Assembly (NCBI GenBank): GCA_965215515.1
Contig: OZ244057.1
Location: forward strand, 288,001-352,000
DNA length: 64,000 nt
DNA from: Oligoflexales bacterium
Lineage (GTDB): Bacteria; Bdellovibrionota_B; Oligoflexia; Oligoflexales; JAPPIL01
Reading direction: 5' to 3'
The notes under the pieces were generated by a model that did no database searches, was not told where the DNA came from, and saw only the letters and a program-made list of their open reading frames with translations. Of the stretch, positions 41,006 through 51,953 are shown one piece after another. How positions within the stretch are numbered: the stretch's first letter is position 1; every line of letters begins with the position of its first letter. The position numbers and the translations under genes are program-made.

Positions 41006-42643
41006 ATGGGCAAAAAATACCGACATTGGCAGCCGTTGGCTGAGGGTGTGCCGCGCGATTTTGCTGCCTTGCGACACATGTTGCACAGCAATCGTAACTT
41101 CGCACCCGTTGCCAGTCTGCAGTACGGCGATCACGGGCTTGCCGCGGCACTCGACACGGTGCGACGCGCACTACACACGCACAAAAAAATCGCCTTGTAC
41201 GCCGACTATGATGTCGATGGCACGATGAGTTGCACCAGCTGGATCTGGTTTTTGCGTGCGATCGGTTACCACAACTTCATGCACTATATTCCCTGCCGTT
41301 TTAAGGAAGGCTACGGTGTTAATCTCGCGGCGATCAAGCATCTCGTACAGGACTGCGGTGCACAGCTGATTATCACTATGGATACAGGAATCACCGCTAA
41401 CGTCGAAGCGGCCTGGTGTGCGGAACAGGGAGTGGAGTTTATCTGCACCGACCACCATCTCGTGCAAGCGGAGAAAATGCCAAACTGTGTGATTCTCAAT
41501 CCCAAGCAGCACCCCGATAGCATGTATCAGGAGTTGTGCGGTGCAGGGATCACCTTCGTGTTGTTGCGCGCACTGGCGCGGCACTTCCCTGTCCCACAAG
41601 CGTTGTGGACGGATTTGCTGGCCTTGACAGGTATGGCGACGATTTGCGACCTGGTGCCGCTAAATGCCGTCAACCACAAACTGGCTAAAATGGGTATTCA
41701 AGCACTGACCCGCAGCCAGCGTCCGATTCTGCGCGCCCTGCTGAGCGCGTGTCGGAGCACATACGACCTCGACGAGAGCGATGTCGGGTTTCGTTTGGGG
41801 CCGCGTATCAATGCCGTCGGTCGTCTTGACCATGCCGATGCAGTGATTAAAGCCTTCAGCGAAGAAGACCCTACCGTATTGATCGCACACATGGACAGCT
41901 GCAATGCCGAACGCAAAGAAATTCAGCGCGCTATCGTCAAACACGCCCAACGCACCGCGGCAAAACAGCAAGGTGCACCGCTGTTGTTCATCGGCGGTGA
42001 TTTTCACCCAGGAGTGCTCGGGATCGCGGCGGGACGCATCGCCGAAGACTTCTGGTGCCCGACCTTTCTGTTCAACGACCGCGATCCCCTGTGCAAAGGC
42101 TCAGCTCGTGCCATCGCAGGTTTCGATGTCACCGCCGCAATGCACAGTGCGAGACAGCTGTTGACCAAATTCGGCGGGCATCGCGCCGCAGGTGGTTTTA
42201 GTTTTGCCCGCGCCCAACGCACCGCACTGCACGCAGCCCTACTCGCCTACGCAGAAGAACAGCGCACCGCACAACCCGCGTTATGGGAAAGCCGCATCGA
42301 CTTCGACTGCCAGCTACCCAAAGAACTCTGCACTCTGCGACTGCTCGACCAGTTGGCAGACATGAAACCGTTCGGCATGGGCTTTGCCGAACCGAAATTC
42401 GTCGTGCAAGGTGAGATTATCGCCACGCAGTTTTATCGTGACCGCAACACAGGTGAACCAGCCCACACCGCGGTCAACATCCGCGGTCACAACGCGCGTT
42501 CGACGAAGGTTATTTTCTTCCACGAGGTACACACCGAGCTACAGCAGGCAACGGACGCATCCTTCGTCGTTACCGCCTCTGCCAATAAATTTCGCAACGT
42601 GCCTACCCTTGATTTTATCGGGCGCGATTTTTCTTTGGGATAG
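41006..42643 (+). CDS. recJ: ssDNA-specific exonuclease RecJ
   Basis: Motifs DYDVDG, EGYG, TDHH, LGPRINAVGRL and FGGHRAAGG. Confidence 0.95.
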   Translation: MGKKYRHWQPLAEGVPRDFAALRHMLHSNRNFAPVASLQYGDHGLAAALDTVRRALHTHKKIALYADYDVDGTMSCTSWIWFLRAIGYHNFMHYIPCRFKEGYGVNLAAIKHLVQDCGAQLIITMDTGITANVEAAWCAEQGVEFICTDHHLVQAEKMPNCVILNPKQHPDSMYQELCGAGITFVLLRALARHFPVPQALWTDLLALTGMATICDLVPLNAVNHKLAKMGIQALTRSQRPILRALLSACRSTYDLDESDVGFRLGPRINAVGRLDHADAVIKAFSEEDPTVLIAHMDSCNAERKEIQRAIVKHAQRTAAKQQGAPLLFIGGDFHPGVLGIAAGRIAEDFWCPTFLFNDRDPLCKGSARAIAGFDVTAAMHSARQLLTKFGGHRAAGGFSFARAQRTALHAALLAYAEEQRTAQPALWESRIDFDCQLPKELCTLRLLDQLADMKPFGMGFAEPKFVVQGEIIATQFYRDRNTGEPAHTAVNIRGHNARSTKVIFFHEVHTELQQATDASFVVTASANKFRNVPTLDFIGRDFSLG

Positions 42644-42678
42644 TTCATACGCAAGGCGGCGCTTTTTTTCAACTAGCG

Positions 42679-43536
42679 CTAGGCTACGTGCACCTCCGCT
42701 AACACAGGTGGGTTGCCGCGTTTGAGAATGGCGTAGTTTAAGCCTTGCAAGCATGTGTCGGGAGCGGTTGAACCGCATCGGTAGAGTTGCAGCAAAAAAC
42801 GCAGACGTGCCCGTGCCTGTGGCACAGACTCGGCATGCAGGGTGGTCAGCAAGCCGAGGTGTCCTACCGTCAGTGCCTTGACAAAGGCCACGATCTCCTG
42901 TCCTCGCAGCTCGCCGAGGACAAAGCGGTCGGGACGCAGGCGTAACATTTCTTCCAGCAGTGTCTCTAATTTTACCTCGCCATCGCCTGCGATCCCTTGT
43001 GCAAGTGCTTGACACCGCACCCAGAGACGGGAGGAACACGGCAGTTCGACGAGAGACTCTACAATCATTACCCGCTCTTGTGTGCACATTTGCCGCAGTA
43101 GGGTAGCGAGAAAAGTCGTCTTCCCGCTCGCGGTGGCCCCACAGATGAGCAGTGGCTTGCCCTGTGCGATCAAACGCCGACATTGCGGCAACAGTGCTTG
43201 TGGATCGTGAAAATTTTGCAAGTTCAAGGCAGCAAAAGCGTGCTTACGTACCGAGAGAATGGGGCCGTCGATGGCCACGGGCGGGATAAGACAGTGCCAG
43301 CGCAAACTGTATCTTTCCAGTAACCCACCGCTGAAGGGTTTGCGAGGATCGAGCCGCACACCCTGTGCGAAAGCAAAATCTTGCAGCCAACGCACCATCT
43401 CGTCTCTGGCCTGAAAAATCGAATCGTGCACCGTGCGTCCCTCTTGACTGATCACAGTCAGCGAAGCTGTGCCGTTGATCAATACTTCCATGACGGTAGG
43501 GTCGGTGAAAAATTCACGCAGACGAGCGATGCTCAT
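42679..43536 (-). CDS. CpaF/TadA/VirB11-family ATPase
   Basis: Motifs EVLING, GATASGKTT, LRLRPDRFVLGELRG and LTTLHA; ATGA overlap with the dprA stop. Confidence 0.85.
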   Translation of the reverse strand: MSIARLREFFTDPTVMEVLINGTASLTVISQEGRTVHDSIFQARDEMVRWLQDFAFAQGVRLDPRKPFSGGLLERYSLRWHCLIPPVAIDGPILSVRKHAFAALNLQNFHDPQALLPQCRRLIAQGKPLLICGATASGKTTFLATLLRQMCTQERVMIVESLVELPCSSRLWVRCQALAQGIAGDGEVKLETLLEEMLRLRPDRFVLGELRGQEIVAFVKALTVGHLGLLTTLHAESVPQARARLRFLLQLYRCGSTAPDTCLQGLNYAILKRGNPPVLAEVHVA

Positions 43537-44483
43537 GTCAGTGCCTCCTGTTGCCAAAAAGATGCCGTGGCAAAGCTGGGTGCGCCCTCTGCGATCAGGC
43601 GTTGACCGCCTGCGGTGCGCACATCGCACGGGTGCTGCAACACCCACACTTCAGCGCCCTGATTGAGACTCATACCCGCAGTCAGCAGTGCACCAGAACG
43701 TTCGCTCGCCTCCATCACCATCAAGGTCGGCGCTAAACCCGCGATAACGCGATTGCGGATAGGGAAATCGCTAGGGCGGCTAGGTGAGTGCCACAGTCGC
43801 TCGCTGACGAACAGCGCCCCTTGCTGCAAGAGGGTGCGGAAAACACCAGCATTGCCGTATGGATGCAGTGAGCTCAGACCGCCAGCGAACACCACAATGG
43901 CGGGCACGGGCGCGACGGAGGTAGCCAGCGCGCCGCGATGGGCAGCGATGTCGCAGCCGTATGCTCCTCCGCTGACCACCACCCATCCTCGTTGCGCCGC
44001 GATACGTCCGAGTGCGAACGACTCGTGCAGGCCGCGGGGCGAAGCTTTGCGTGAACCGACCACTGCAACGGAGGGGCGTGTCAGCAACGACGTGTTGCCG
44101 AGCGCAGTCAAAGCCAGCGGCGGGTCGGGGATGGTACGCAAGCGGGCGGGATACAAGCGATCTCCCCAGACGATGATCTGTGCCCCCCGCCGTGCACAGC
44201 TTTGCACGTGCTTATGCAGCAGTTGCGCCAGTGTGGTGTGCTGGCGCAGGGCTCGGCGTAAGGGCGAGTGAGGGAACATGTCCCGCCACCGACCGTCCAA
44301 CATCCACACCAGTTCTTGCCAAGCGTTGCACGACAGCTCCCGCATGGCAACACCGTGCCCCCGCCAGCCTGGTAACACAGTATAGACATCCTGCAGCTTG
44401 TCGGGATGTAGCCAGCAGTAGGTCTGTTGGGAGGCGGCGTGCACCACCATCTTCAACACACGTAATTCCTGTTCGTCCACCAT
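43533..44483 (-). CDS. dprA: DNA-protecting protein DprA
   Basis: Motifs YPARLRTIPDPP, VAVVGSR, VSGGAYGCDIAAH and FPIRNRVIAGL. Confidence 0.92.
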   Translation of the reverse strand: MVDEQELRVLKMVVHAASQQTYCWLHPDKLQDVYTVLPGWRGHGVAMRELSCNAWQELVWMLDGRWRDMFPHSPLRRALRQHTTLAQLLHKHVQSCARRGAQIIVWGDRLYPARLRTIPDPPLALTALGNTSLLTRPSVAVVGSRKASPRGLHESFALGRIAAQRGWVVVSGGAYGCDIAAHRGALATSVAPVPAIVVFAGGLSSLHPYGNAGVFRTLLQQGALFVSERLWHSPSRPSDFPIRNRVIAGLAPTLMVMEASERSGALLTAGMSLNQGAEVWVLQHPCDVRTAGGQRLIAEGAPSFATASFWQQEALT

Positions 44484-44772
44484 CGCTAGTCTCCACAGTC
44501 TTCGCTGATAATCTCCTACCGTAGCCGAAAAACGAACCACGCACCGCTGAGTTTTGTGCGAGGAGACAGAAAAAATTATTTTTATCTTCCCCTATCACCT
44601 CAGTTATGTCTTATGATATGGTGGCAGGGAGCGGGGCGTTTTTTCTGCGTTTAGGTGCGATTCTGGCTTGCACTTGTCTTCAGCTTTGAGTTAACAGATG
44701 CCATCTGGCGTTGTGCCTCGCCGCACTCAGCGGGTGTGTGCGGCACGAAGGGCGGTGTCGATTTGCAGGTGA

Positions 44773-46092
44773 GTGGTGAATAAAGAACGGCAGTCAGCGG
44801 TTTCTGGCAGAAGATCGGATGCGGATGTGGGCGACAAGGTTAACCTCAAGGATCTCAAGAAGCTGCGCATTTCCGAGTTGAACCGCATGGCGAAGGACTT
44901 GGGGGTTGACGGCGCAAACAGTATGCGCAAGCAAGAGTTGATCTTCTCGCTGTTACAGGCGCAGTCCGAAAAGGGCGGGCATATTTACGGTGAAGGTGTG
45001 TTGGAGACCTTGCCTGATGGTTTTGGTTTTTTGCGTGCCCCCGACTACAACTATCTGCCTGGCCCTGATGACATTTATGTCTCGCCTTCGCAGATTCGGC
45101 GTTTCAATCTGCGCACGGGCGATACGGTGTCGGGGCAGATTCGTCCACCGAAGGACAGCGAGCGCTATTTTGCTTTGCTGAAGGTAGAGCGTGTCAACGG
45201 CGAGTCGCCCAATCCTGATTTTGAGAAAATTATTTTTGATAATCTCACTCCGTTGTATCCGCTGGAGCGTTTTCAGATGGAGATCGACGGTCCTGGTTCG
45301 ACGTTTTCCTGTCGTATACTTGATTTGATGATTCCCATCGGCAGGGGACAGCGGTCGTTGATTGTCGCACCGCCACGTACGGGCAAGACGATTTTGTTGC
45401 AGAACATTGCCAATTCGCTAGCGAAAAACCATCCGCAGTGTGTGTTGATCGTGTTGTTGATCGACGAGCGTCCCGAAGAGGTTACTGACATGGAACGTTC
45501 GGTACGGGGTGAGGTGATCAGTTCGACCTTCGACGAACCTGCGCAGCGACATGTGCAGGTGGCGGAGATGGTCATCGAGAAGGCCAAGCGTTTGGTGGAG
45601 TACAAGCACGATGTGGTAATTTTACTAGACTCGATCACTCGTCTGGCGCGTGCTTACAATTCGGTTGTGCCGCCGTCGGGCAAGATTCTTTCGGGTGGTG
45701 TTGATTCCAATGCCTTACACAAGCCGAAGCGTTTTTTTGGTGCGGCCCGTAACATCGAGGAGGGCGGCTCGCTGACGATTATCTCCACGGCGTTGGTCGA
45801 CACGGGTTCACGTATGGATGAGGTGATTTTCGAGGAATTCAAGGGCACAGGCAACATGGAGGTGCATCTCGATCGTCGACTTGTCGAGAAGCGTATCTAT
45901 CCGACGATCGATATCAACAAGTCGGGGACACGCAAGGAGGAGTTGTTGTTGCCGAAGGATGTGCTCAACCGCATGTGGATTTTGCGCAAGTTGTTGCAAC
46001 CGCTCAACACTGTCGACGCGATGGTATTTTTGCTCGACAAGATGGAGAAGACCAAGACCAACGCGGAATTTTTGGAAATGATGAACAGCTGA
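44773..46092 (+). CDS. rho: Transcription termination factor Rho
   Basis: Motifs [15 protein letters not shown] and [11 protein letters not shown]. Confidence 0.98.
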   Translation: MVNKERQSAVSGRRSDADVGDKVNLKDLKKLRISELNRMAKDLGVDGANSMRKQELIFSLLQAQSEKGGHIYGEGVLETLPDGFGFLRAPDYNYLPGPDDIYVSPSQIRRFNLRTGDTVSGQIRPPKDSERYFALLKVERVNGESPNPDFEKIIFDNLTPLYPLERFQMEIDGPGSTFSCRILDLMIPIGRGQRSLIVAPPRTGKTILLQNIANSLAKNHPQCVLIVLLIDERPEEVTDMERSVRGEVISSTFDEPAQRHVQVAEMVIEKAKRLVEYKHDVVILLDSITRLARAYNSVVPPSGKILSGGVDSNALHKPKRFFGAARNIEEGGSLTIISTALVDTGSRMDEVIFEEFKGTGNMEVHLDRRLVEKRIYPTIDINKSGTRKEELLLPKDVLNRMWILRKLLQPLNTVDAMVFLLDKMEKTKTNAEFLEMMNS

Positions 46093-46099
46093 GGGCGAC

Positions 46100-46315
46100 G
46101 TGAAAGAAGACATTCACCCGCAGATGTTTCCCGTTACTATCAGATGTGCGTGCGGGGCGACGTTCGTGACTGTCTCGACGCTGCCAGAGGTTACGGTGGA
46201 GATTTGCAGTGCCTGTCACCCTCTGTTCACGGGCAAGCAAAAGCTCGTCGATACTGCGGGTCGCATCGAGAAATTCGAGCGCAAATACGGTAAGCGCAAG
46301 TCCGCCCAGAAATAA
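46100..46315 (+). CDS. rpmE: 50S ribosomal protein L31 (Zn-binding type)
   Basis: Motifs MKEDIHP, CACG and [13 protein letters not shown]. Confidence 0.97.
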   Translation: MKEDIHPQMFPVTIRCACGATFVTVSTLPEVTVEICSACHPLFTGKQKLVDTAGRIEKFERKYGKRKSAQK

Positions 46316-47379
46316 TGTTTGCCAAACTCGACGGTGTGAGTCGACGCTTCGCCGAGATTGAAGCGGAGTTGCTCAAGCCAGACCTCAGCCGCGATCGTCT
46401 ACGGGAGTTGTCGCAAGAGCGAGCCGCGCTGGGAGAAGTTGTCAGCACTTATCGTGCCTACAAGCAGTTGTTGGCCGAGAAGGAAGCGGCCACTACGATG
46501 CTGCGGCAGGAGAGCGACACGGAGCTGAAAGCACTTGCCAAGGAGGAACTTGACAGTTTACAGAGTAAGCTGGAGGCGATGCAGCGACGGTTGATGCTGC
46601 TGTTGCTGCCCCAAGATCCCCGTGACAAAAAAAACGTACTATTGGAGATTCGGGCGGGCACGGGTGGTGAGGAGGCTTCGTTGTTTGCCGCGGATTTGTT
46701 TCGTATGTATCAGCGTTATGCCGATCGCGTGGGTTGGCGGACGGAACGTTTGAGTGCCACGCTGTCGGCCAACGGCGGTTTCAAGGAATTGGTCGTGCTG
46801 ATCAGCGGCAAGGATGTCTTCAGTCGTTTGAAGTTCGAGCGGGGTGTGCATCGTGTGCAACGTGTGCCTGTCACCGAATCACAGGGACGGGTGCACACCA
46901 GTGCCTGCACGGTGGCGGTCATGCCCGAAGCGGATGACATCGACATCAAGCTCGACCCTGCCGATCTCGACATCAGTGTTTGTCGTGCTTCGGGGGCGGG
47001 GGGACAGCATGTCAATACTACCGACTCGGCGGTGCGTATCGTGCATAGGCCGAGTGGCTTGGCGGTCGAGTGTCAGGATGAGCGTTCACAACACAAAAAC
47101 AGGGCGCGTGCTATAAAAATACTGCAAGCACGTTTACTGGAGAAGGCAGAGATCGAGCAGCGTGCCTCGCTCAGTGCCGAGCGCAAACAACAAATCGGAC
47201 GTGGCGATCGCAGCGAAAAAATTCGCACTTACAATTTTCCACAACGGCGACTCAGCGACCATCGTATCAATCTTACCCTTTACCGTCTGGAAGAAATCAT
47301 GAACGGCGACTTGCAGGAAATCATCGATGCGTTGCACACCGATCACACGGCACGTCTACTGCAGCAGTCAGGTGAGTGA
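46315..47379 (+). CDS. prfA: Peptide chain release factor 1
   Basis: PVT tripeptide, GAGGQHVN and RSEKIRTYNFPQ. Confidence 0.97.
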   Translation: MFAKLDGVSRRFAEIEAELLKPDLSRDRLRELSQERAALGEVVSTYRAYKQLLAEKEAATTMLRQESDTELKALAKEELDSLQSKLEAMQRRLMLLLLPQDPRDKKNVLLEIRAGTGGEEASLFAADLFRMYQRYADRVGWRTERLSATLSANGGFKELVVLISGKDVFSRLKFERGVHRVQRVPVTESQGRVHTSACTVAVMPEADDIDIKLDPADLDISVCRASGAGGQHVNTTDSAVRIVHRPSGLAVECQDERSQHKNRARAIKILQARLLEKAEIEQRASLSAERKQQIGRGDRSEKIRTYNFPQRRLSDHRINLTLYRLEEIMNGDLQEIIDALHTDHTARLLQQSGE

Positions 47380-47382
47380 GGA

Positions 47383-47790
47383 GTGCCCGTGCGCGAGATA
47401 CTGACCTCGTCGCGATTGCCCGCGACGGCTTTCCACTACAGCTCGATGGTTAAGTGCGGTTCGTTCTACCAAATGGCAGGGCAGATCGGTATCGACATCG
47501 ACAGCGGCAAACTCGTCGACGGCGGAACTTACGCCGAAACCCGCACCATCCTGCACAACATGCAGGCCAGCCTGCCAGACTTCGGCCTCACCCTCGACAA
47601 CCTCATCCACGCGACGATTTTCTGCGCCTGTTTCGAGGAGTTCCACCTCGTCAACCGAGCTTGGGAGGAAATATTCGTCACCACCACCCCTCCCACACGC
47701 AGTGCCGTCGGAGTTAGCCGCCTGCCACGCGACGCACACATCGAAATCGAATTTCGCTTCTACCGAGCAACCACGCGAGGCACACCATGA
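47383..47790 (+). CDS. RidA/Rid family protein
   Basis: Motifs AGQIG and PTRSAVGVSRLPRDAHIEIE. Confidence 0.88.
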   Translation: MPVREILTSSRLPATAFHYSSMVKCGSFYQMAGQIGIDIDSGKLVDGGTYAETRTILHNMQASLPDFGLTLDNLIHATIFCACFEEFHLVNRAWEEIFVTTTPPTRSAVGVSRLPRDAHIEIEFRFYRATTRGTP

Positions 47791-48800
47791 CCGCCACCCA
47801 CGTCATCGGGATAGATGTCGGCGGCAGCAAAATAGAATGTGCCCTGGTGCAGATAAAAAAAGACTACCACAACTGGCTGCATACCCCTCCCCACGACTAT
47901 ACGGATACCTTCGCTATCATCAGCCGCGAGCGCGTCGATACCGCCAGAGAACAAGGCTATACCCAACTGGTCAAAAAAATTTCCCAACTCATCAGCAAAG
48001 CCTGTCAGCGACACCGAATCACCCTCGACCAGCTCGCTGGTATCGGTGTCGGCCTTCCTGGCGCAGTGGACAACACAATGCAGATGGTCAACGGCAATAC
48101 CCTCGTCCTAATCGGCAAAGACCTGCGCCACGACCTCAGCTCAGCACTTAACTTCAAAGGCAAGTGCATCTGCGAAAACGATGCCAACTGTTTCGTCTTC
48201 GCCGAAGCGATGGGCAACATCGGCATCGACTTTCACCATCGACGCGGCGTGCCCCTCACCCAACAAATAGCCATCGGAGTGATTCTCGGCACAGGACTCG
48301 GCGGCGGACTCTTCTACCACGGGCACATGTTCAGAGGGAAAGACAACTCAGCCCTGGAACTAGGACACCGCACCTTCGTCAGAGACGGCAAGATGTGCTA
48401 CTGCGGACGCAGGGGCTGCGCCGAACAATACCTCTCAGGCTCGGCGCTGGAAGCAAACTTCAACCAACACCGCCCCGCCTACGCCCAACAACAGCTGCAA
48501 GCCGCCGCTATCTTTGCGCTGGAGAAAAAAAAAGACCCCGCCGCACTCGCAGCCATCAACCAATACCGCCAACATCTAGCACAACTGCTGGCCGATCTCA
48601 GCAACACCTTCGACCCCCACTACATCGTGTTCGGAGGAGGGATAAGTAGACAAACAACCATCTACCAAACCCTCGCCGCAGACATGCAGCGAGAACTATT
48701 CGTCAAAAAAAATCCGCCGCAACTGAGAGCCAACGAACTCGGCGATTCCTCAGGAGTGTTCGGTGCGGCACTGCTACCGCTGTTCGTGGGGGAAGAGTAA
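47787..48800 (+). CDS. ROK family sugar kinase
   Basis: Motifs IGIDVGGSKIE, ENDANC, LGTGLGGG and ELGH..CYCGRRGCAE. Confidence 0.9.
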   Translation: MTATHVIGIDVGGSKIECALVQIKKDYHNWLHTPPHDYTDTFAIISRERVDTAREQGYTQLVKKISQLISKACQRHRITLDQLAGIGVGLPGAVDNTMQMVNGNTLVLIGKDLRHDLSSALNFKGKCICENDANCFVFAEAMGNIGIDFHHRRGVPLTQQIAIGVILGTGLGGGLFYHGHMFRGKDNSALELGHRTFVRDGKMCYCGRRGCAEQYLSGSALEANFNQHRPAYAQQQLQAAAIFALEKKKDPAALAAINQYRQHLAQLLADLSNTFDPHYIVFGGGISRQTTIYQTLAADMQRELFVKKNPPQLRANELGDSSGVFGAALLPLFVGEE

Positions 48801-48852
48801 GCCAGGCTTGTTTGCCGCTTGCTAGCTCCTTGCCGCTTGCTAGCTCCGCCCC
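48801..48852. repeat. Intergenic copy of the dapD tandem-repeat unit, with its own short duplication
   Basis: GCCAGGCTTGTTTGCCGCTT is identical to the dapD unit; TTGCCGCTTGCTAGCTCC occurs twice. Confidence 0.85.
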
Positions 48853-48866
48853 CAGGGTCAGACTTG

Positions 48867-49229
48867 TCAGCCGCGACGGCGGCCAACTCTGGTGAGGGTT
48901 TTTTTTGTTGGCCTGCCGCGCCCTCTTGTCGCGGTTTTTTTCGTAGTTAACTTTTTGGCAGCTGTTTTTTTGGCTGGCCTGCCGCGTTTTTTAGCAACAG
49001 TCTTGCGCACTGCAGCCTTCTTGGCGGATCTGCTGCGTTTCTTGGCAACAGTCTTCTTCGTGGTGCGCCCTACCGTCGCCTTCTTTCTAACTACAGGACG
49101 CTTCTTGGTTGCCGTTTTTTTCTTCGCGGGCGCAGGCTTTCTAGCCACAGTGGCTTTTTTGCCTACCGCAGATTTTCTTCTGCCCGCAACCTTTTTCCTC
49201 GCCACTGTTTTTTTCTTTTTCCCGATCAA
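48867..49229 (-). CDS. Histone H1-like Lys/Arg/Ala-rich DNA-binding protein
   Basis: Repeats of TVARK/TVAKK and AT-hook-like RGRP; GGAGG RBS before the TTG start. Confidence 0.7.
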   Translation of the reverse strand: MIGKKKKTVARKKVAGRRKSAVGKKATVARKPAPAKKKTATKKRPVVRKKATVGRTTKKTVAKKRSRSAKKAAVRKTVAKKRGRPAKKTAAKKLTTKKTATRGRGRPTKKTLTRVGRRRG

Positions 49230-49419
49230 AGTCCGATCCTCCCTAGGTTAAACACAGACACCCGCAGAGACACGACCACGGCCTCCTCAAGAGGCTGTCG
49301 AGACAACCTCTTCTTCCATTATCACCTAACCCAAACCCTAACCGCAAATAATTTAAGACGTTTTTTTATTCGCACCCCTAAGCTTTGCGGAGTAAGACTT
49401 GCAAGGACAGTAACAGCCC

Positions 49420-49923
49420 TTATAGTTCCTGGGGAAGCTTGTGGACAACGCTTGTCATACCCAGCGGAACTTCGCTGAGCGGCCGCTGACAGTGCGGATG
49501 CTGCCAACGAGGGGCAATCTCCGCAGCAGGTAACAGAACAAAATCCCGCCATAACATGCGCGGGTGAGGAATTTTTAAATGTGGTAAATTTAACGACTCA
49601 GCCTCGCCGTGCGCGTTTTGCCACAATAAAATATCGAGATCTATCGTGCGATTAGCCCAGCGCGACCTACGCATGCGCCCCAACTGTGCCTCAATCGTCT
49701 GTAACTGTGCCCACAACCCCTGAGGCATAAAACGAGTTTCACAACAGAACACAGCATTGAGAAAACGCCGATCAGCATAACCACCGACCGCTTCCGATTC
49801 GTAGCATGAAGAAACATCAAGTACCGTCCCGCAACAAGCCTGCACCGCACTGAGCGCACGATGGAGATAAGAAACCCTGTCGCCGAGATTCGAACCGATG
49901 CCGATTAAAACCTGACCCGCCAT
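49420..49923 (-). CDS. folK: 2-amino-4-hydroxy-6-hydroxymethyldihydropteridine diphosphokinase
   Basis: Motifs IGIGSNLGDR, FLNAV, RTIDLDIL and IPHPRM. Confidence 0.95.
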   Translation of the reverse strand: MAGQVLIGIGSNLGDRVSYLHRALSAVQACCGTVLDVSSCYESEAVGGYADRRFLNAVFCCETRFMPQGLWAQLQTIEAQLGRMRRSRWANRTIDLDILLWQNAHGEAESLNLPHLKIPHPRMLWRDFVLLPAAEIAPRWQHPHCQRPLSEVPLGMTSVVHKLPQEL

Positions 49924-49962
49924 GCCCTGAAGGTAGCCTCACTGCACGATAAAGTCTACCCA

Positions 49963-50919
49963 CTACAGATACGGCCGCACAAAATCAACAAACCGTGTAG
50001 CACGAATTACCTGCTCGCCATCACAAGCATCAGGAGCACAAACCTTCGATAACTGACAGTCACCCTCGCGATCAAAGACAAAATCCTCTTCCCCACGCGC
50101 CACCAAACCACTGACGATGCCAGTGCGAGCATCGAAAACAGGTGAACCAGAATTACCCGTCCACAGATCGGCATCGATAACAAAATAATCACGCTTATGC
50201 GCCGACCTAACCATGCCATGACTGATTTTGGTCGGCAGACCTAACGGATGACCGATCACCACCATCGTTTCTCCCCGCACAACTTCCCCCCGCTCCCGCA
50301 AGGTAAGTGGTTTCCTGCCCCGTACCGCACGATCGAGACGCAAAACCGCAAAATCTAACCCATCTGCAATTTCGTAAACCCGCGCCAAAACCTCCTGGCA
50401 ATAATAAACAGCACCGTATGGCAAATGCGTCGGATCAACATCACTGCTGTGATAAGAGTAATCGAACACCACCGCGGTCGCCTGACAAGAACCCGCATCG
50501 AGAAAACAATGTGCCGCAGAAACCAAAACATCATCGCCGACTAAAAAACCAGAGCAACTCCCCGCACTAGGCTGTTCCCCATACCTCTCCCCAGCACAAA
50601 GATTGTACCTCTTACCCAATTTCTTCGTGACCAACCGTAAAGAAACTTCCCCGTCCACCAACTCCCGTATCTGCGCACGATCGACCAGCAAAGCCGTCCC
50701 CCTCGCCAACTCCCGCCAACGCTCCGCCGCGAGCTGGTACAGGTCATGACGATCATCCTCACCATAAATTACACGCGGCAACATTTGAGAAAAAAGCCAA
50801 GAACTGCTAATGAAAAAAACGACCGCGGTCAGCAGCGCACCCACAAGCACACGGACGGAAACCAAACCGAAACCCCAAGATGACCGAACGAAACATAACG
50901 CGGCAAAAACTGCCCGCAA
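49963..50919 (-). CDS. Secreted trypsin-like serine protease; start uncertain
   Basis: Motifs CSGFLV, SAAHC, DFAVLRL and GNSGSPV. Confidence 0.88.
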   Translation of the reverse strand: MRAVFAALCFVRSSWGFGLVSVRVLVGALLTAVVFFISSSWLFSQMLPRVIYGEDDRHDLYQLAAERWRELARGTALLVDRAQIRELVDGEVSLRLVTKKLGKRYNLCAGERYGEQPSAGSCSGFLVGDDVLVSAAHCFLDAGSCQATAVVFDYSYHSSDVDPTHLPYGAVYYCQEVLARVYEIADGLDFAVLRLDRAVRGRKPLTLRERGEVVRGETMVVIGHPLGLPTKISHGMVRSAHKRDYFVIDADLWTGNSGSPVFDARTGIVSGLVARGEEDFVFDREGDCQLSKVCAPDACDGEQVIRATRFVDFVRPYL

Positions 50920-50987
50920 CGATAGCCCCGTTTGTCACAAGGGTCAAGCCTAAGCCGCGTTGCGAACCGCAAAAAAAAGGAACGACA

Positions 50988-51953
50988 ATGCTGTTCATAA
51001 CACTCGGTGACCCGCACAGCATCTCTATCGCTATTCTGCAACACCTGCTCCCACGACCATATCCATCGGTCGTTATCGGCAGTGCCTGGCACTGGCAAGA
51101 ACAAACCCAAAATAAACAGAAACTCACCCCCCTGACCGCACTCGATTTCGTCGCACCGCTGCCACACGGTAACTATTTTCACGACATCGGACAAGCTGAC
51201 TGCTGCGTGCCAACCACCGCCCTGACCGCCCACCAACGCGGCACTCTGGCTAACGCAGCCCTGCACAGTCTGCACGCCATCGCCTACCGCGGCCGCTACG
51301 CCGTGCTGACCTGCCCCATCGACAAACAAAACTGCGCCGCGGCGGGATTTGCCTATCGTGGCCAGACAGAATTCTTCGCCCAACTCTATGCCTGCGAGAC
51401 CATCATGGTGCTGAGCAGCCCCACACTCAACGTCGCTCTCGTTACCAACCACCTCGCTATCCGTGAACTGCCCACAACCCTGACCACAGCACTCGTCTAC
51501 AACAAACTAAAACTTTTCGCCCACACCCTCACTACCCTGCTCGCACGCCCGCAACCACGCATCGCCGTCTGCGCTCTCAACCCCCACTGCGGTGACGGTG
51601 GGCTTTGCGGTGACGAAGACACACAGATTATCGCCCCCGCCCTCGCTGCCGCCCAACGAGAAGTAGACGGCCGCATTACAGGGCCACACGCCGCCGACAG
51701 TATTTTTCACGCCGCCCGTGCAGGCAGATACGACGGAGTGCTAGCCATGTACCACGATCAAGGACTCGCCCCCCTGAAAACATGTGCTGCCTACGACGCG
51801 GTCAACATCAGCGGCGGGCTGCCGATACTGCGCATTTCCCCCGACCACGGTCCCGCCGCAGACCTGTACGGCACAAAAAACGCTGACCCGCAAAGCTTCA
51901 TGCGTTGCTGTCAAATTATCGACGCATACCTGTGTGATAGCGCCGATGCCTGA
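50988..51953 (+). CDS. pdxA: 4-hydroxythreonine-4-phosphate dehydrogenase
   Basis: Motifs ITLGDP, LNPHCGD, AMYHDQGL and RISPDHG. Confidence 0.92.
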   Translation: MLFITLGDPHSISIAILQHLLPRPYPSVVIGSAWHWQEQTQNKQKLTPLTALDFVAPLPHGNYFHDIGQADCCVPTTALTAHQRGTLANAALHSLHAIAYRGRYAVLTCPIDKQNCAAAGFAYRGQTEFFAQLYACETIMVLSSPTLNVALVTNHLAIRELPTTLTTALVYNKLKLFAHTLTTLLARPQPRIAVCALNPHCGDGGLCGDEDTQIIAPALAAAQREVDGRITGPHAADSIFHAARAGRYDGVLAMYHDQGLAPLKTCAAYDAVNISGGLPILRISPDHGPAADLYGTKNADPQSFMRCCQIIDAYLCDSADA

